Below, in pieces: positions 19,610 to 28,958 of a stretch of 64,000 bases of DNA (position 1 is the first letter of the stretch; the number at the start of each line of letters is the position of its first letter). The position numbers and the translations under genes were made by a program. Source of the stretch: Hyphomicrobiaceae bacterium (lineage in GTDB: Bacteria > Pseudomonadota > Alphaproteobacteria > Rhizobiales > Hyphomicrobiaceae); contig JBGANK010000003.1 in NCBI GenBank assembly GCA_044222395.1, positions 54,525-118,524 of the forward strand. Direction: 5' to 3'. Under the pieces are notes generated by a model. The model ran no database searches and was not told where the DNA came from. It saw nothing but the letters and a program-made list of their open reading frames with translations.

Positions 19610-19978
19610 ATGCGCACGTTCCTGATCTCCTACGACCTAGCAAATCCAGTGCAGAACAAGCACGCGATCGCGCAATCCATTATGTCAGCAGGCGAACGGT
19701 GGGCGCGACCGCTGGAGAGCACCTGGTACGTCACGTCGGAGGACGACGAGGCGAGTCTGGCCCAACGCCTCGGTCCGCTGCTCGACACCGATGACGGCCT
19801 GCTGATCCAGTCGGTTGACGAGCAAGCGGTGCTCACCAACACCTCGCTGCGCTGGTTCCGCCAGCGCCGTCAGGGTGCACCAGCGTCCGGGATGCGCGGC
19901 AATGTGGTCGCCTTCCCGGCGCCGGTGCCCCCGGTTGCCGAGGTGGAGCCGGAGCTGCCGTTCGCCAAGGCGAGCTGA
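19610..19978 (+). CDS. orphan small protein B (122 aa)
   Basis: Very high GC3 from ATG 19610, while the upstream in-frame stretch has lower GC3 and contains the repeat array. GAGAGAG purine tract precedes the ATG. No family recognised. Confidence 0.65.
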   Translation: MRTFLISYDLANPVQNKHAIAQSIMSAGERWARPLESTWYVTSEDDEASLAQRLGPLLDTDDGLLIQSVDEQAVLTNTSLRWFRQRRQGAPASGMRGNVVAFPAPVPPVAEVEPELPFAKAS

Positions 19979-20120
19979 GCCGCCCAGTTCGGATTTTCAA
20001 TCGCGGTGTGTGGCGCGAACTGCGGTGTCTGCAACAGCGCTCTTTGCCCGCCGCGCCCAGTTCTTCGTGTCGAGTGACCTTGGTCTTGTTGGTTTTCACG
20101 TCCCTGTCTCTTGTCCCCAG

Positions 20121-20162
20121 CCCCTGCCGGCTCCGCCCCAACCCCAGAACAGCCGGCAGGGG
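20121..20162. other. perfect 12-bp stem hairpin between orphan genes B and C
   Basis: CCCCTGCCGGCT-N18-AGCCGGCAGGGG. No U tract follows it. Confidence 0.6.
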
Positions 20163-20254
20163 ATCCCCGCTCCCCGCTGTATCCCTCAGAATGCCGCGTG
20201 ACTGAAATTTCCGACGCCGAGCTTCCCCCAAAAGCGCCCCCCGGAGTAGCCCCC

Positions 20255-20584
20255 ATGAAGACCTTCGCCTGCGCCTCAGCCCTCCCCGAGACCAAAACCT
20301 ATATCGTCACCCACACGCAAAAGGACCCCGCCCAGACCTATGGCCTGGTCGCCGAAGGCCTACGTCTGGTGTCCGCCGAGTGCACAAAAATAGACCGCAA
20401 CGTCTGGCTGGTGCGCTCTGCGGCCAGTGCCGACGGTGTGGCCAATGCGGTGATGCCGGGTATCGGTCGCCGCGATGAAATCCGCGTCATGGAGGTGGGC
20501 GCGGAGATGGTCCACTATCAGGCCTCGCGCGTGTGGAACATGGCGCGGCTCGATGCTGACGAGTTGCTGGCGCTGCGGCACTGA
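20255..20584 (+). CDS. orphan small protein C (109 aa)
   Basis: High GC3. GGAG lies 9 nt before the ATG. Same AGCCCCC-ATG start context as gene B. No family recognised. Confidence 0.6.
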   Translation: MKTFACASALPETKTYIVTHTQKDPAQTYGLVAEGLRLVSAECTKIDRNVWLVRSAASADGVANAVMPGIGRRDEIRVMEVGAEMVHYQASRVWNMARLDADELLALRH

Positions 20585-20674
20585 TCCGCGGCGCGAAGTC
20601 TCTTGATCGTCGCAGTTGGAAAGGCTGCAGCGCACCTCTGGCTTCGCACAACGCCAAGTAGCCAAACATGCAGG

Positions 20675-20706
20675 AAGGAGCGGCACCACGCCCCGTGCCG
20701 CTCCTT
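20675..20706 (+). terminator. candidate terminator hairpin after orphan gene C
   Basis: AAGGAGCGGCAC-N8-GTGCCGCTCCTT 12-bp stem. The downstream tract is only weakly T-rich. Confidence 0.4.
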
Positions 20707-20956
20707 CGCCATTTCCGGGACTTGGCACTCGAAGCCAGCGCGGGCGTGAGGGGTGCACTTGATTTCAGGATCGATGCAATGGGCATTTTCAGTGCCAGCA
20801 AGCGCCACGCGGCTACGGAACACGACTACCGGATCGGGCGGGAAGGCCAAGTCTATGAGATCGCGCTCGAACTCAAGTGGTGCGTGATCCGAATAGTTGT
20901 CATGGACCGTGCACGGAGGGCTGAACCGACGCGGCCACGACCTTCGCCGACCGTCG

Positions 20957-20990
20957 CAAATAGAACGGCCGCAGCAGGGCGCTGCGGCCG
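20957..20990 (-). terminator. intrinsic terminator of the DUF2076 gene
   Basis: CGGCCGCAGC-agggc-GCTGCGGCCG, followed on the minus strand by TTCTATTTG. Lies 62 nt after the stop at 21053. Confidence 0.6.
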
Positions 20991-21052
20991 CTGATCAGAT
21001 TAGCTCAACGATTTCGGCGAAGTGCCGATTGGGCGGCTGGAGCGGTTAGCGG

Positions 21053-21706
21053 TCAAATGTCCATGCTGCCGCCATCACCGCCATCACCGCCACCCCAATC
21101 CTGGTCAGAGTCATCGGCGGCGTCCTGCGCCAGCAGCTCGTCCTGCAATTCGTCCTGACTTCGGTCGGCGTCGGCCAGTGCGGCCTGATCCTCGCCTCTG
21201 TGATGCGCCTCGCTGGCGTGCGATGCGCTGCCGCCAAACAGGCTGCGGAGACTGTCCGCGGCGAGAATACCGCCGGCGACGCCGGCCGCGGTCGTCATAG
21301 CGGAGCGGAGGAAACCGCCACCAGACGCTGCAGGCGCTGAAGCTGCTGGTGGAGCAGCTGGAGGTGCAGCGGCTGGACCGCGACCCCAAGGCGACAAGCC
21401 GGAGCGCTCTGCCGGTTCGGCTGCGCGGGCGCTTCCACCGAGCCTGCCCGACAGGAAGCTGCCGCCGCCGGCGCGTGCCGGGGCGGCGCCGTCGAGTTCC
21501 GCCTCCAGCCGCTGAATACGGTCGGAAGCCTCTTGCAGCTGATGCTCATAGACGAGCGCGGTCTGGACCAGCATGTAGGCGGCATCGGGGATGTCACGAA
21601 CGGCGCGCTGGATGAGGGCGTCGGCCTGGCGGTCCTTGGACGGCGGCCGCTGGCTCGCCAGCCGGTCGAACAGATCCTCGATCATGCGTTGCTCGTCGGG
21701 TGTCAT
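21053..21706 (-). CDS. DUF2076-like protein
   Basis: MTPDEQRMIEDLFDRLAS... N-terminus, Ala/Pro/Gly low-complexity centre and acidic tail, as recalled for DUF2076. Confidence 0.75.
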   Translation of the reverse strand: MTPDEQRMIEDLFDRLASQRPPSKDRQADALIQRAVRDIPDAAYMLVQTALVYEHQLQEASDRIQRLEAELDGAAPARAGGGSFLSGRLGGSARAAEPAERSGLSPWGRGPAAAPPAAPPAASAPAASGGGFLRSAMTTAAGVAGGILAADSLRSLFGGSASHASEAHHRGEDQAALADADRSQDELQDELLAQDAADDSDQDWGGGDGGDGGSMDI

Positions 21707-21839
21707 GACAGTTCCTCCTGTGGCCTGCACTAGCGAGCATTTGGGGCGGGATGGGGACGTTCACAAGGCGCATCGGGAGCAAATTTGGTTCCGGCGCCTT
21801 AGTTTTTCCGCCGGGCAAGCTGTCGCGTCAGGTCGTCGT

Positions 21840-22775
21840 CTACCTGCGCTTTGCCACCAGCACGATGGGCAAACCCCAGCGGCGTTGGCCAATAGCGTGG
21901 GTGAGCAATATGATGTCTTCACCGCGTGTCTGTGTCTCCCAGCGGCCGCAAAAGCTACGGGTGTAACTGCCTGCGCGCACGGCCTGACAGGCCGGCGGGC
22001 CGCCGTCGAGATTGAGAGCACGAACGAGCTCGACCGGTGCCGTTTGAAGGAACGCCGCCAGCCTGTCGAGCGAAAAGAAGGCTTCCATCGTCGTCCCGAA
22101 CACAATGCGCCCGCTGCGGTCCTCGGCTAGGAACGAGCGATTGGCAAGCCAGCGTGGATCCGAACGACCGGCCCGGCTGCTGCCGTCCTTATCGATGAGC
22201 AGTGGAAAGTTGACGAACGCATTTTCGGCGCGTGCGAGTTCGTGCTCCCAATTGCTGCCAGCGAGATCGACGACGGTTGCCGTTGCCCCGCTGGCGAGGA
22301 ATGCGCCGTGGCGTGCAGCGTAGCTTTCAGGTCCCAGCCGCCTGCCGTTCGAGACGAGCGGCGTAGCGGGCGCGCCGTAGCGGTCATAGTAGCTGCCATT
22401 GATCGCAAACACCGCACCGGTTTCGCCGATCCAGTCGTCGATTTCGCGGTTTCCAGGCGGGTGATTGAGCACTTCAATCCGGAACCGAGTCGGATCGATA
22501 CGCGTGAGCAGGATGCGGTCGACTTCGACGTTGTCCGCCAGCACCGGCAGCTCGCCGACCTCAAGGCCCTGTTCGAGTGCGTGCCATTCGACCGCACCGG
22601 ATTTGACAGCAGGCACCGGGAGGGAGAGCGCTGTGCGCATTGCGGGAGAGATGCGCAGATCGGTGCGCGAAACCACCGTCCAGATCGTCCCGCCCCGGCG
22701 CAGGACCACGTTGAAACCGTACCAGCCCGCGTAGAGATACATCGCGAAGGCGCCTGCGACTGCAGCCAACAGCAC
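21840..22775 (-). CDS. phosphodiester glycosidase (NAGPA/DUF2233)-like protein with N-terminal membrane anchor
   Basis: GTG start 34 nt after the hisH stop, in the same frame. FAINGSYYD...LNLDGGPPA type blocks. Confidence 0.7.
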   Translation of the reverse strand: MLLAAVAGAFAMYLYAGWYGFNVVLRRGGTIWTVVSRTDLRISPAMRTALSLPVPAVKSGAVEWHALEQGLEVGELPVLADNVEVDRILLTRIDPTRFRIEVLNHPPGNREIDDWIGETGAVFAINGSYYDRYGAPATPLVSNGRRLGPESYAARHGAFLASGATATVVDLAGSNWEHELARAENAFVNFPLLIDKDGSSRAGRSDPRWLANRSFLAEDRSGRIVFGTTMEAFFSLDRLAAFLQTAPVELVRALNLDGGPPACQAVRAGSYTRSFCGRWETQTRGEDIILLTHAIGQRRWGLPIVLVAKRR

Positions 22776-22808
22776 GCCAGCTGCAATATTTCTGGCCGCG
22801 ATTCTCAG

Positions 22809-23462
22809 TCACGGCCTCCACTTGAGGAAGTTGGCGATCAGCTTCAGGCCGAGGCTCTGGCTTTTCTCGGGATGAAACTGAGTGCCGGCCATGTTGTCCT
22901 TGGCGACAAATGCGGTGATCGGGCCGCCGTAGTTGGTGCACGCCACGACATTCGCCTCGCTTGCCGCGACGAAGTGATAGGAGTGCACGAAATAGGCGTG
23001 CAAGCCGTTGGGACCGGTCGGTATGCCGGCGAGCAGCGCGTGCGGGGTGACGACGTCCAAGGTGTTCCAGCCCATGTGCGGGATCTTGAGCGAAGGATCA
23101 CGTGGCTCAATCGCGCGCACCTCGCCCTTGATCCAGCCCAACCCGTCCGTCACCTCGAACTCGCGGCCGCGCTCGCTCATCAGCTGCATGCCGACGCAGA
23201 TGCCGAAGAACGGGTGGCCCTTGACGCGCACCGCTTCCTCGAGCGCGTCGCGCATTCCCGGCACGGATTCCAGTCCGCGCTTGCAATCCGCATAGGCGCC
23301 TACGCCCGGCAGCACAACGCGATCGGCCTTCGCCACAACTTCGGGCATTGAGGTGAGCACGGGCTCCAGGGCACTGCCGCTTTCGCGGGCGGCGCGTTCG
23401 AACGCCTTCAATGCCGAATGAAGATTGCCCGACCCGTAGTCGATGATGGCAACTTGCTGCAT
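22809..23462 (-). CDS. hisH: imidazole glycerol phosphate synthase, glutamine amidotransferase subunit
   Basis: [25 protein letters not shown] catalytic Cys, and the C-terminal TQFHPEKS motif. Confidence 0.94.
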   Translation of the reverse strand: MQQVAIIDYGSGNLHSALKAFERAARESGSALEPVLTSMPEVVAKADRVVLPGVGAYADCKRGLESVPGMRDALEEAVRVKGHPFFGICVGMQLMSERGREFEVTDGLGWIKGEVRAIEPRDPSLKIPHMGWNTLDVVTPHALLAGIPTGPNGLHAYFVHSYHFVAASEANVVACTNYGGPITAFVAKDNMAGTQFHPEKSQSLGLKLIANFLKWRP

Positions 23463-23471
23463 GAACCGGGA

Positions 23472-23963
23472 TCAACCCTTGCGCAAGCGGGGAAGGAATT
23501 CCTGCATGAGGTGCTTCATGGAGACCAGACCCGTCGACGGTGCGGGCTGCGAAGCATCCGCGGGTCGAACGCGCGGCTCGCTCTTCAGCCAGCCTTCGAA
23601 AAAGCGCCTCTCACTATCTTCGATGCCGCGACCGGAGACCGAGCCCAGCGACGTCCAGCCGTCGGCATCGAGCTTCGTTGTGCGCAGCCAATGCGCCTCG
23701 AAACCAAGAATGACGTTGAGCGCGAACATCATGATGGAAAAGAGCGCGTCGGCCAGGCCTAACGCCGCAAGCACCAGATAGATGAGCCCGAGCAAGGCGA
23801 CGTAGCCGGCGGCCGCCAGCCACAGGCGGTTGGCGAGCAGCCAGAGCGGCCCGAACAGGAATGCACTCCAGGTGAAGCCGTCCTTAACAAATACCATCGA
23901 CTCGGCGTGATCGATGCGATCAGCCGGCGGAGCTGGCGGCTCGTGGATGGTATAGGCGGTCAT
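23472..23963 (-). CDS. DUF2628-like membrane protein
   Basis: Occupies the conserved alphaproteobacterial slot between hisB and hisH. FVKDGFTWSAFLFGPLWLLANRLW signature. ATG at 23963 preferred. Confidence 0.8.
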   Translation of the reverse strand: MTAYTIHEPPAPPADRIDHAESMVFVKDGFTWSAFLFGPLWLLANRLWLAAAGYVALLGLIYLVLAALGLADALFSIMMFALNVILGFEAHWLRTTKLDADGWTSLGSVSGRGIEDSERRFFEGWLKSEPRVRPADASQPAPSTGLVSMKHLMQEFLPRLRKG

Positions 23964-23998
23964 GCTCTTCTGGGTCCGAAACGGCCATACTGTGACAA

Positions 23999-24595
23999 TC
24001 ATCCGTTAAGGGTTCCTTTCGTCGAGGGGATCCGACCCGACTGACGCGGATCAAGGCTCACAGCCTGACGCAAGGCGCGCGCCAAGCCCTTATAGCAGGT
24101 CTCGGCGATGTGGTGGTTGTTCTCGCCGTAGAGGTTCTGGATATGCAGCGTGATTCCAGCATTCTGGGCGAATGCCTGGAACCACTCGCGGAACAGCTCG
24201 GTATCCATCTCGCCGACCTTTGGACGGGTGAACTCGACGTTCCAGATGAGGTAGGGCCGGCCGGAGACGTCGATGGCGACGCGGGTCATGGTCTCGTCCA
24301 TCGGCAGGTGGACGTCGGCATAGCGGGTGATGCCGAGCTTGTCGCCCATGGCCTTGGCCACTGCCTGGCCCAGCACGATGCCGGAATCCTCAGCCGTGTG
24401 GTGGTCGTCGATGTGGAGGTCGCCCTTCGCCCTCAGCTTGATGTCGATGAGGCTATGGCGGGCGAGTTGCTCCAGCATGTGGTCGAGGAAGCCGATGCCG
24501 GTCGATATGTCGTAGGTACCGGAGCCGTCGAGGTCGATCTCGGCGGTGATATCGGTTTCCTTGGTCTTGCGCTCGATCTTGGCTTTGCGGCTCAC
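23999..24595 (-). CDS. hisB: imidazoleglycerol-phosphate dehydratase
   Basis: ERKTKETDI...[16 protein letters not shown]...[11 protein letters not shown] HisB motifs. Confidence 0.95.
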   Translation of the reverse strand: MSRKAKIERKTKETDITAEIDLDGSGTYDISTGIGFLDHMLEQLARHSLIDIKLRAKGDLHIDDHHTAEDSGIVLGQAVAKAMGDKLGITRYADVHLPMDETMTRVAIDVSGRPYLIWNVEFTRPKVGEMDTELFREWFQAFAQNAGITLHIQNLYGENNHHIAETCYKGLARALRQAVSLDPRQSGRIPSTKGTLNG

Positions 24596-24755
24596 GGGCG
24601 GTCCCTCGCTCAGTTTCTTGCCCTCGTCGCCTCAAGCGTTTATCAGCTCGGGCGACTGCCTGCCAGCCTTTGCCTTGGCGCCAAACAGCGCGCCGCGGCT
24701 TGAAAGTTGGTTGCCCAAATCCTTAATTCCCAGAGCATCCGGTCCCGATGAGCCC

Positions 24756-25328
24756 ATGACCCAAGTCTCACAATCCTCCACTGACGCCTCACAATGGCAC
24801 GGCACGACGATCGTCACCGTGCGCAAGGGTGGACAGGTGGTGATCGCCGGCGACGGGCAGGTCAGCCTGGGGCAGACCATCATCAAGGCCAATGCCCGGA
24901 AAGTGCGCCGGCTCGGCAAAGGCGACGTGATCGGCGGGTTCGCGGGCGCAACCGCGGACGCCTTCACCCTGTTCGAACGTCTTGAAGCCAAGCTGGAGCA
25001 ATATCCGGGCCAGCTGATGCGGGCTGCGGTAGAACTGGCCAAGGACTGGCGCACCGACCGCTACCTGCGACGGCTGGAAGCGATGATGATCGTTGCAGAT
25101 GCGACGACGACCCTGGTACTGACGGGCACGGGCGACGTGCTGGAGCCGGAAGCGCACATCATGGGCATCGGCTCGGGCGGCAACTACGCGCTGGCTGCCG
25201 CCAAAGCGCTTGCCGATCAGCCGCTGTCGGCGGAGGAAATCGCACGGCGCGCGATGAGTATCGCGGCGGAGATCTGTGTCTATACCAATGCCAATGTCCT
25301 GGTGGAAAGCCTAGCGTCGAGCCGATGA
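24756..25328 (+). CDS. hslV: ATP-dependent protease subunit HslV
   Basis: [26 protein letters not shown]... with active-site Thr after propeptide-less processing. [11 protein letters not shown]. Confidence 0.94.
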   Translation: MTQVSQSSTDASQWHGTTIVTVRKGGQVVIAGDGQVSLGQTIIKANARKVRRLGKGDVIGGFAGATADAFTLFERLEAKLEQYPGQLMRAAVELAKDWRTDRYLRRLEAMMIVADATTTLVLTGTGDVLEPEAHIMGIGSGGNYALAAAKALADQPLSAEEIARRAMSIAAEICVYTNANVLVESLASSR

Positions 25329-25660
25329 GCAACGTCGTCATATCCTGGATTTATCTGCTCATAGCGGGCGCATTTGAAATCCTCACCACAACCATGTTCC
25401 GCTACACCGACGGCATGACGCGGATCGCGCCGACGCTCGGCTTTTTCGCGCTCGGGCTGATGAGCCTGTTCTTTCTCAACAAGTCGCTGGCGGGCATTCC
25501 ACTGGGTACGGCCTACGCGGTGTGGACGGGATTGGGTGCAGCGGGCACTGCAATTCTCGGCATTGCCTTTTACCACGAGCCGACCAGCACGGCGCGACTG
25601 GTGCTGCTGACGATCCTTGTCGGCGCCATCGTGGGGCTCAAGTTCGTCTCGCCGGAATAG
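25325..25660 (+). CDS. SMR-family small multidrug/guanidinium exporter (SugE/Gdx-like)
   Basis: 111 aa with four TM segments. Conserved membrane Glu in IAGAFEI. ATGA overlap with the hslV stop. Confidence 0.85.
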   Translation: MSNVVISWIYLLIAGAFEILTTTMFRYTDGMTRIAPTLGFFALGLMSLFFLNKSLAGIPLGTAYAVWTGLGAAGTAILGIAFYHEPTSTARLVLLTILVGAIVGLKFVSPE

Positions 25661-25686
25661 CGACGACGACCAGGACGAAGGAAGAC

Positions 25687-27000
25687 ATGACCAGTTTCTC
25701 CCCCCGCGAAATCGTCTCGGAGCTCGATCGCTACATCGTCGGTCAAGCCGATGCGAAACGCGCGGTTGCGATTGCGCTCAGGAACCGCTGGCGGCGGCAG
25801 CAGCTTGCCGAAGATCTCAAGGACGAGGTGCTGCCCAAGAACATCCTGATGATCGGGCCGACCGGCGTCGGCAAGACGGAGATCTCGCGCCGTCTTGCAC
25901 GACTTGCTGGCGCGCCCTTCCTCAAGGTGGAGGCGACCAAGTTCACCGAGGTCGGCTATGTCGGCCGCGATGTCGAGCAGATCGTGCGCGATCTCGTCGA
26001 AGTTTCGATTGCGCTGGTGCGCGAGACGAAGCGCAAGGAGGTGCGCGCCAAGGCCGAGAAGGCGGCGGAGGAGCGCGTGCTCGATGCCCTGGTCGGACCC
26101 AACGCGTCGCCGGGCACGCGCGATACCTTTCGCAAGAAGCTGCGCACCGGTGAACTCAACGACAAGGAGATCGAGATCCAGGTGTCGGAAAGTGCAGCGG
26201 GCATGCCGATGTTCGAGATCCCGGGCATGCCGGGCGCGTCGATGGGCGCGATCAACATCTCCGACATGCTCGGCAAGGCATTCGGCCAGCGCAGCAAGCC
26301 GCGGCGCGTGACCGTTTCCGGCAGCTATGACGTCCTGATCCAGGAGGAGAGCGACAAGCTGATCGACGGCGACCAGATCACCGCCGAAGCGATCCGCGCG
26401 GTGGAGAACGACGGCATCGTGTTCCTCGACGAGATCGACAAGATCTGCTCGCGTTCGGACGCCGTGCGGGGCGGCGCCGACGTTTCGCGCGAAGGCGTGC
26501 AACGCGATCTGCTGCCGTTGATCGAGGGCACCACGGTCGCCACCAAGCACGGGCCTGTGAAGACGGACCATGTGTTGTTCATCGCCTCGGGTGCCTTTCA
26601 CGTCGCCAAGCCCGCCGATCTGCTACCCGAGCTGCAGGGACGTCTGCCGATCCGCGTGGAACTGACGGCACTCACTCGCGACGACTTCCGCCGCATCCTG
26701 ACGGAGCCGGAAGCCAATCTCATCAAACAGGCCGTCGCTTTGCTGGCGACGGAGGGTGTCACGCTCGCATTTACCGACGACGCCATCGACGCGCTCGCCG
26801 ACATGGCGGTGTCGGTCAACTCCAGCGTGGAGAACATCGGCGCGCGGCGGCTGCAAACGGTGATCGAGCGGGTTCTGGAGGAGATCTCGTTCGAGGCCTC
26901 CGACAAGGCCGGGCAGACGGTGACGATCGACAAGGCCTACGTCGAAGGGCGCATCGGCGATCTCGCCCGCAACGCGGACCTTTCCAAGTTCATCCTGTAG
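25687..27000 (+). CDS. hslU: ATP-dependent protease ATPase subunit HslU
   Basis: [32 protein letters not shown], Walker [10 protein letters not shown], Walker B VFLDEIDK. Confidence 0.95.
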   Translation: MTSFSPREIVSELDRYIVGQADAKRAVAIALRNRWRRQQLAEDLKDEVLPKNILMIGPTGVGKTEISRRLARLAGAPFLKVEATKFTEVGYVGRDVEQIVRDLVEVSIALVRETKRKEVRAKAEKAAEERVLDALVGPNASPGTRDTFRKKLRTGELNDKEIEIQVSESAAGMPMFEIPGMPGASMGAINISDMLGKAFGQRSKPRRVTVSGSYDVLIQEESDKLIDGDQITAEAIRAVENDGIVFLDEIDKICSRSDAVRGGADVSREGVQRDLLPLIEGTTVATKHGPVKTDHVLFIASGAFHVAKPADLLPELQGRLPIRVELTALTRDDFRRILTEPEANLIKQAVALLATEGVTLAFTDDAIDALADMAVSVNSSVENIGARRLQTVIERVLEEISFEASDKAGQTVTIDKAYVEGRIGDLARNADLSKFIL

Positions 27001-27073
27001 GAAGGCCCGCGACAGTAGAGTGCGGAAGGTGTGCTAACCTCTCGGCCATTGCACATTCGCCGTAGCGCCCGCC

Positions 27074-28930
27074 ATGATTGTCAACAACCGCGAAAGCCTG
27101 GTCCAGTCGCTCGAGATCCTGTCGGATCTGGAGCCGCAGGCCCGCGCCGCATTGGCGGCCGAGATGGAGACGATTGCGGTCCAGCGCGGCGAGACACTGA
27201 TGCGGCAGGGCGAGAGCGCCGCGGCGATGTATATCGTCGTTTCCGGTCGCTTCGCGGTGCTGCTCGATGGACGCGCGATTCCAGTCACGGAAATCGGCGC
27301 CGGACAGCCGATCGGCGAAATCGCCTTTCTCGCTGGCGGCACGCGAACAGCGACCGTCGTTGCCCTGCGCGACAGCATCGTGCTGAGGCTCGATCGCGAC
27401 CGCTTCGACCGCCTGACCGCCAGTCATCCGTCGCTGTGGCGGTTGATCACCGTGGCGCTCGCGCGTCGCGTTGCCGATCTCAATCTTGCACGACCGGCGC
27501 CGCCCGATCCGCGCCCGCGCACGATCACTCTGATCCGCGCGGGCGGTGCGCCCATTCCCGATTCCTTCGTCGCTCATCTGATGGCCGCGCTCGGGCAGGC
27601 GTCGCAAAGGCGCAAATCGCAGGGACGGCAGGTCCAGGTCGTCGATCAGGCCCGCGCGCGCTCGCTGCTCAAGAGCGAGGGATCGTTCGATACGCCAGCG
27701 GCAACGGCATCATTCAACGATCTGGAACGGCAATCGGACTTCGTCGTCTACGTGGCGAGCGAGGAACTCGACGCGTGGTCGGACAAGGCGATCCGGCAAG
27801 CGGACGTCGTGCTGGCCGTCGGCATGTTCGAGGCCGACAGCAACGTCAATGCGCTGGAAGCCCGTGCGGCGCAGCTGCTGGCGGCGACATCGCAGCGACT
27901 GGTCCTGCTGCATGAAGCGCGCGGGCGGATGACCGGCACACGCCGCTGGCTCAAGGACCGCGACGTCGCCATGCATCATCACGTCGCGCTCGATTCGGGC
28001 GAGGATTTCGCGCGGCTCGCTCGTTTCCTCAAGGGAACGGCGGTCGGCCTCATTGCGTGCGGCGGCGGGGCACTGTGCACCGCGCAGATCGGACTTTACC
28101 GGGCATTCGCCGAGGCCGGTGTCAGTTTCGACATCATGGGCGGGACGTCGGGCGGCAGCGCCTACACCGCAGCTTTCGCACTCGGGCGGTCGCCGCAGGA
28201 GATCGAGGCGGCGACGCACGAAATGTTCGTCAAGAACCGGGCGTTGCGGCGGCTCACCTGGCCGCGCTACAGCCTGATCGACCACAAGCATTTCGACCAG
28301 CAACTCCAGCACCACTACGGCGGACACGAGATCGAGGACTTGTGGGTTCCGTTCTTCGCCATCTCAACCAACCTTTCGCACAACAGTCTGCACCGCCACA
28401 ACTCGGGAGACCTGTGGGCGGCCGTGCGCGCGTCGGCGTCGATCCCCGTCGTGCTACCGCCATACTACACGAGTGACGGGCAGATGCTGGTCGACGGCTG
28501 CCTGCTCGACAACGTGCCGATCAAGGCGATGCACGAGGTCAAGAGCGGCCCCAATGTCGTGATGAGCTTCGAGGTGCCGGAGCTGACGCGCTTTGATGTC
28601 GCGTATGACGCGCTGCCCTCGCGCAACGCATTGCTGGCAGCGGCGATGAACCCCTTCAACCGCGATGCGCTGCCGTCCGCGCCCGGCCTGTTGACGGTCC
28701 TGATGCGAAGCCTGATGGCGAACCGGCAGGACTTCACGCGGCACATGACGGAAGAAGACGTTCTGGCGATTCCTCCAGTTCCGGCGGACATCGGATTTCT
28801 CGACTGGCACCGGCACGAAGAACTTGTGGAACAGTCCTATCGCTGGGCCTTATCGGAATTCGAGCGCGAGGGCTCGGAGCTGCGGGCGTGGCTTGAAAGC
28901 GTCAAGTTGTACAACCCCAGAGACGCATAA
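27074..28930 (+). CDS. cyclic-nucleotide-binding domain / patatin-like phospholipase fusion protein
   Basis: N-terminal cNMP-binding fold (GEIAFLAGGTRTATVVA). Patatin motifs GGGALCTAQIG, GTSGGS (GxSxG) and DGCLLDNVP (catalytic Asp). Confidence 0.88.
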   Translation: MIVNNRESLVQSLEILSDLEPQARAALAAEMETIAVQRGETLMRQGESAAAMYIVVSGRFAVLLDGRAIPVTEIGAGQPIGEIAFLAGGTRTATVVALRDSIVLRLDRDRFDRLTASHPSLWRLITVALARRVADLNLARPAPPDPRPRTITLIRAGGAPIPDSFVAHLMAALGQASQRRKSQGRQVQVVDQARARSLLKSEGSFDTPAATASFNDLERQSDFVVYVASEELDAWSDKAIRQADVVLAVGMFEADSNVNALEARAAQLLAATSQRLVLLHEARGRMTGTRRWLKDRDVAMHHHVALDSGEDFARLARFLKGTAVGLIACGGGALCTAQIGLYRAFAEAGVSFDIMGGTSGGSAYTAAFALGRSPQEIEAATHEMFVKNRALRRLTWPRYSLIDHKHFDQQLQHHYGGHEIEDLWVPFFAISTNLSHNSLHRHNSGDLWAAVRASASIPVVLPPYYTSDGQMLVDGCLLDNVPIKAMHEVKSGPNVVMSFEVPELTRFDVAYDALPSRNALLAAAMNPFNRDALPSAPGLLTVLMRSLMANRQDFTRHMTEEDVLAIPPVPADIGFLDWHRHEELVEQSYRWALSEFEREGSELRAWLESVKLYNPRDA

Positions 28931-28958
28931 TGAAGGTCAATGGATCGATGCGATGCCA

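Noticed and set aside
20779-20994. Possible 71-aa plus-strand gene D (MGIFSASKRH...) with an AGGA 8 nt before its ATG, downstream of orphan gene C
   Set aside because: GC3 is only moderate and falls off in the 3' half. The reading frame runs through the terminator hairpin of the convergent DUF2076 gene. The opposite-strand shadow ORF (20518-20850, TTG start) is about equally good or bad. Not supportable without expression data.
22242-23351. 369-aa plus-strand ORF
   Set aside because: Antisense shadow spanning the phosphodiester-glycosidase-like gene and hisH.
25570-26601. 343-aa minus-strand ORF
   Set aside because: Antisense shadow of hslU.
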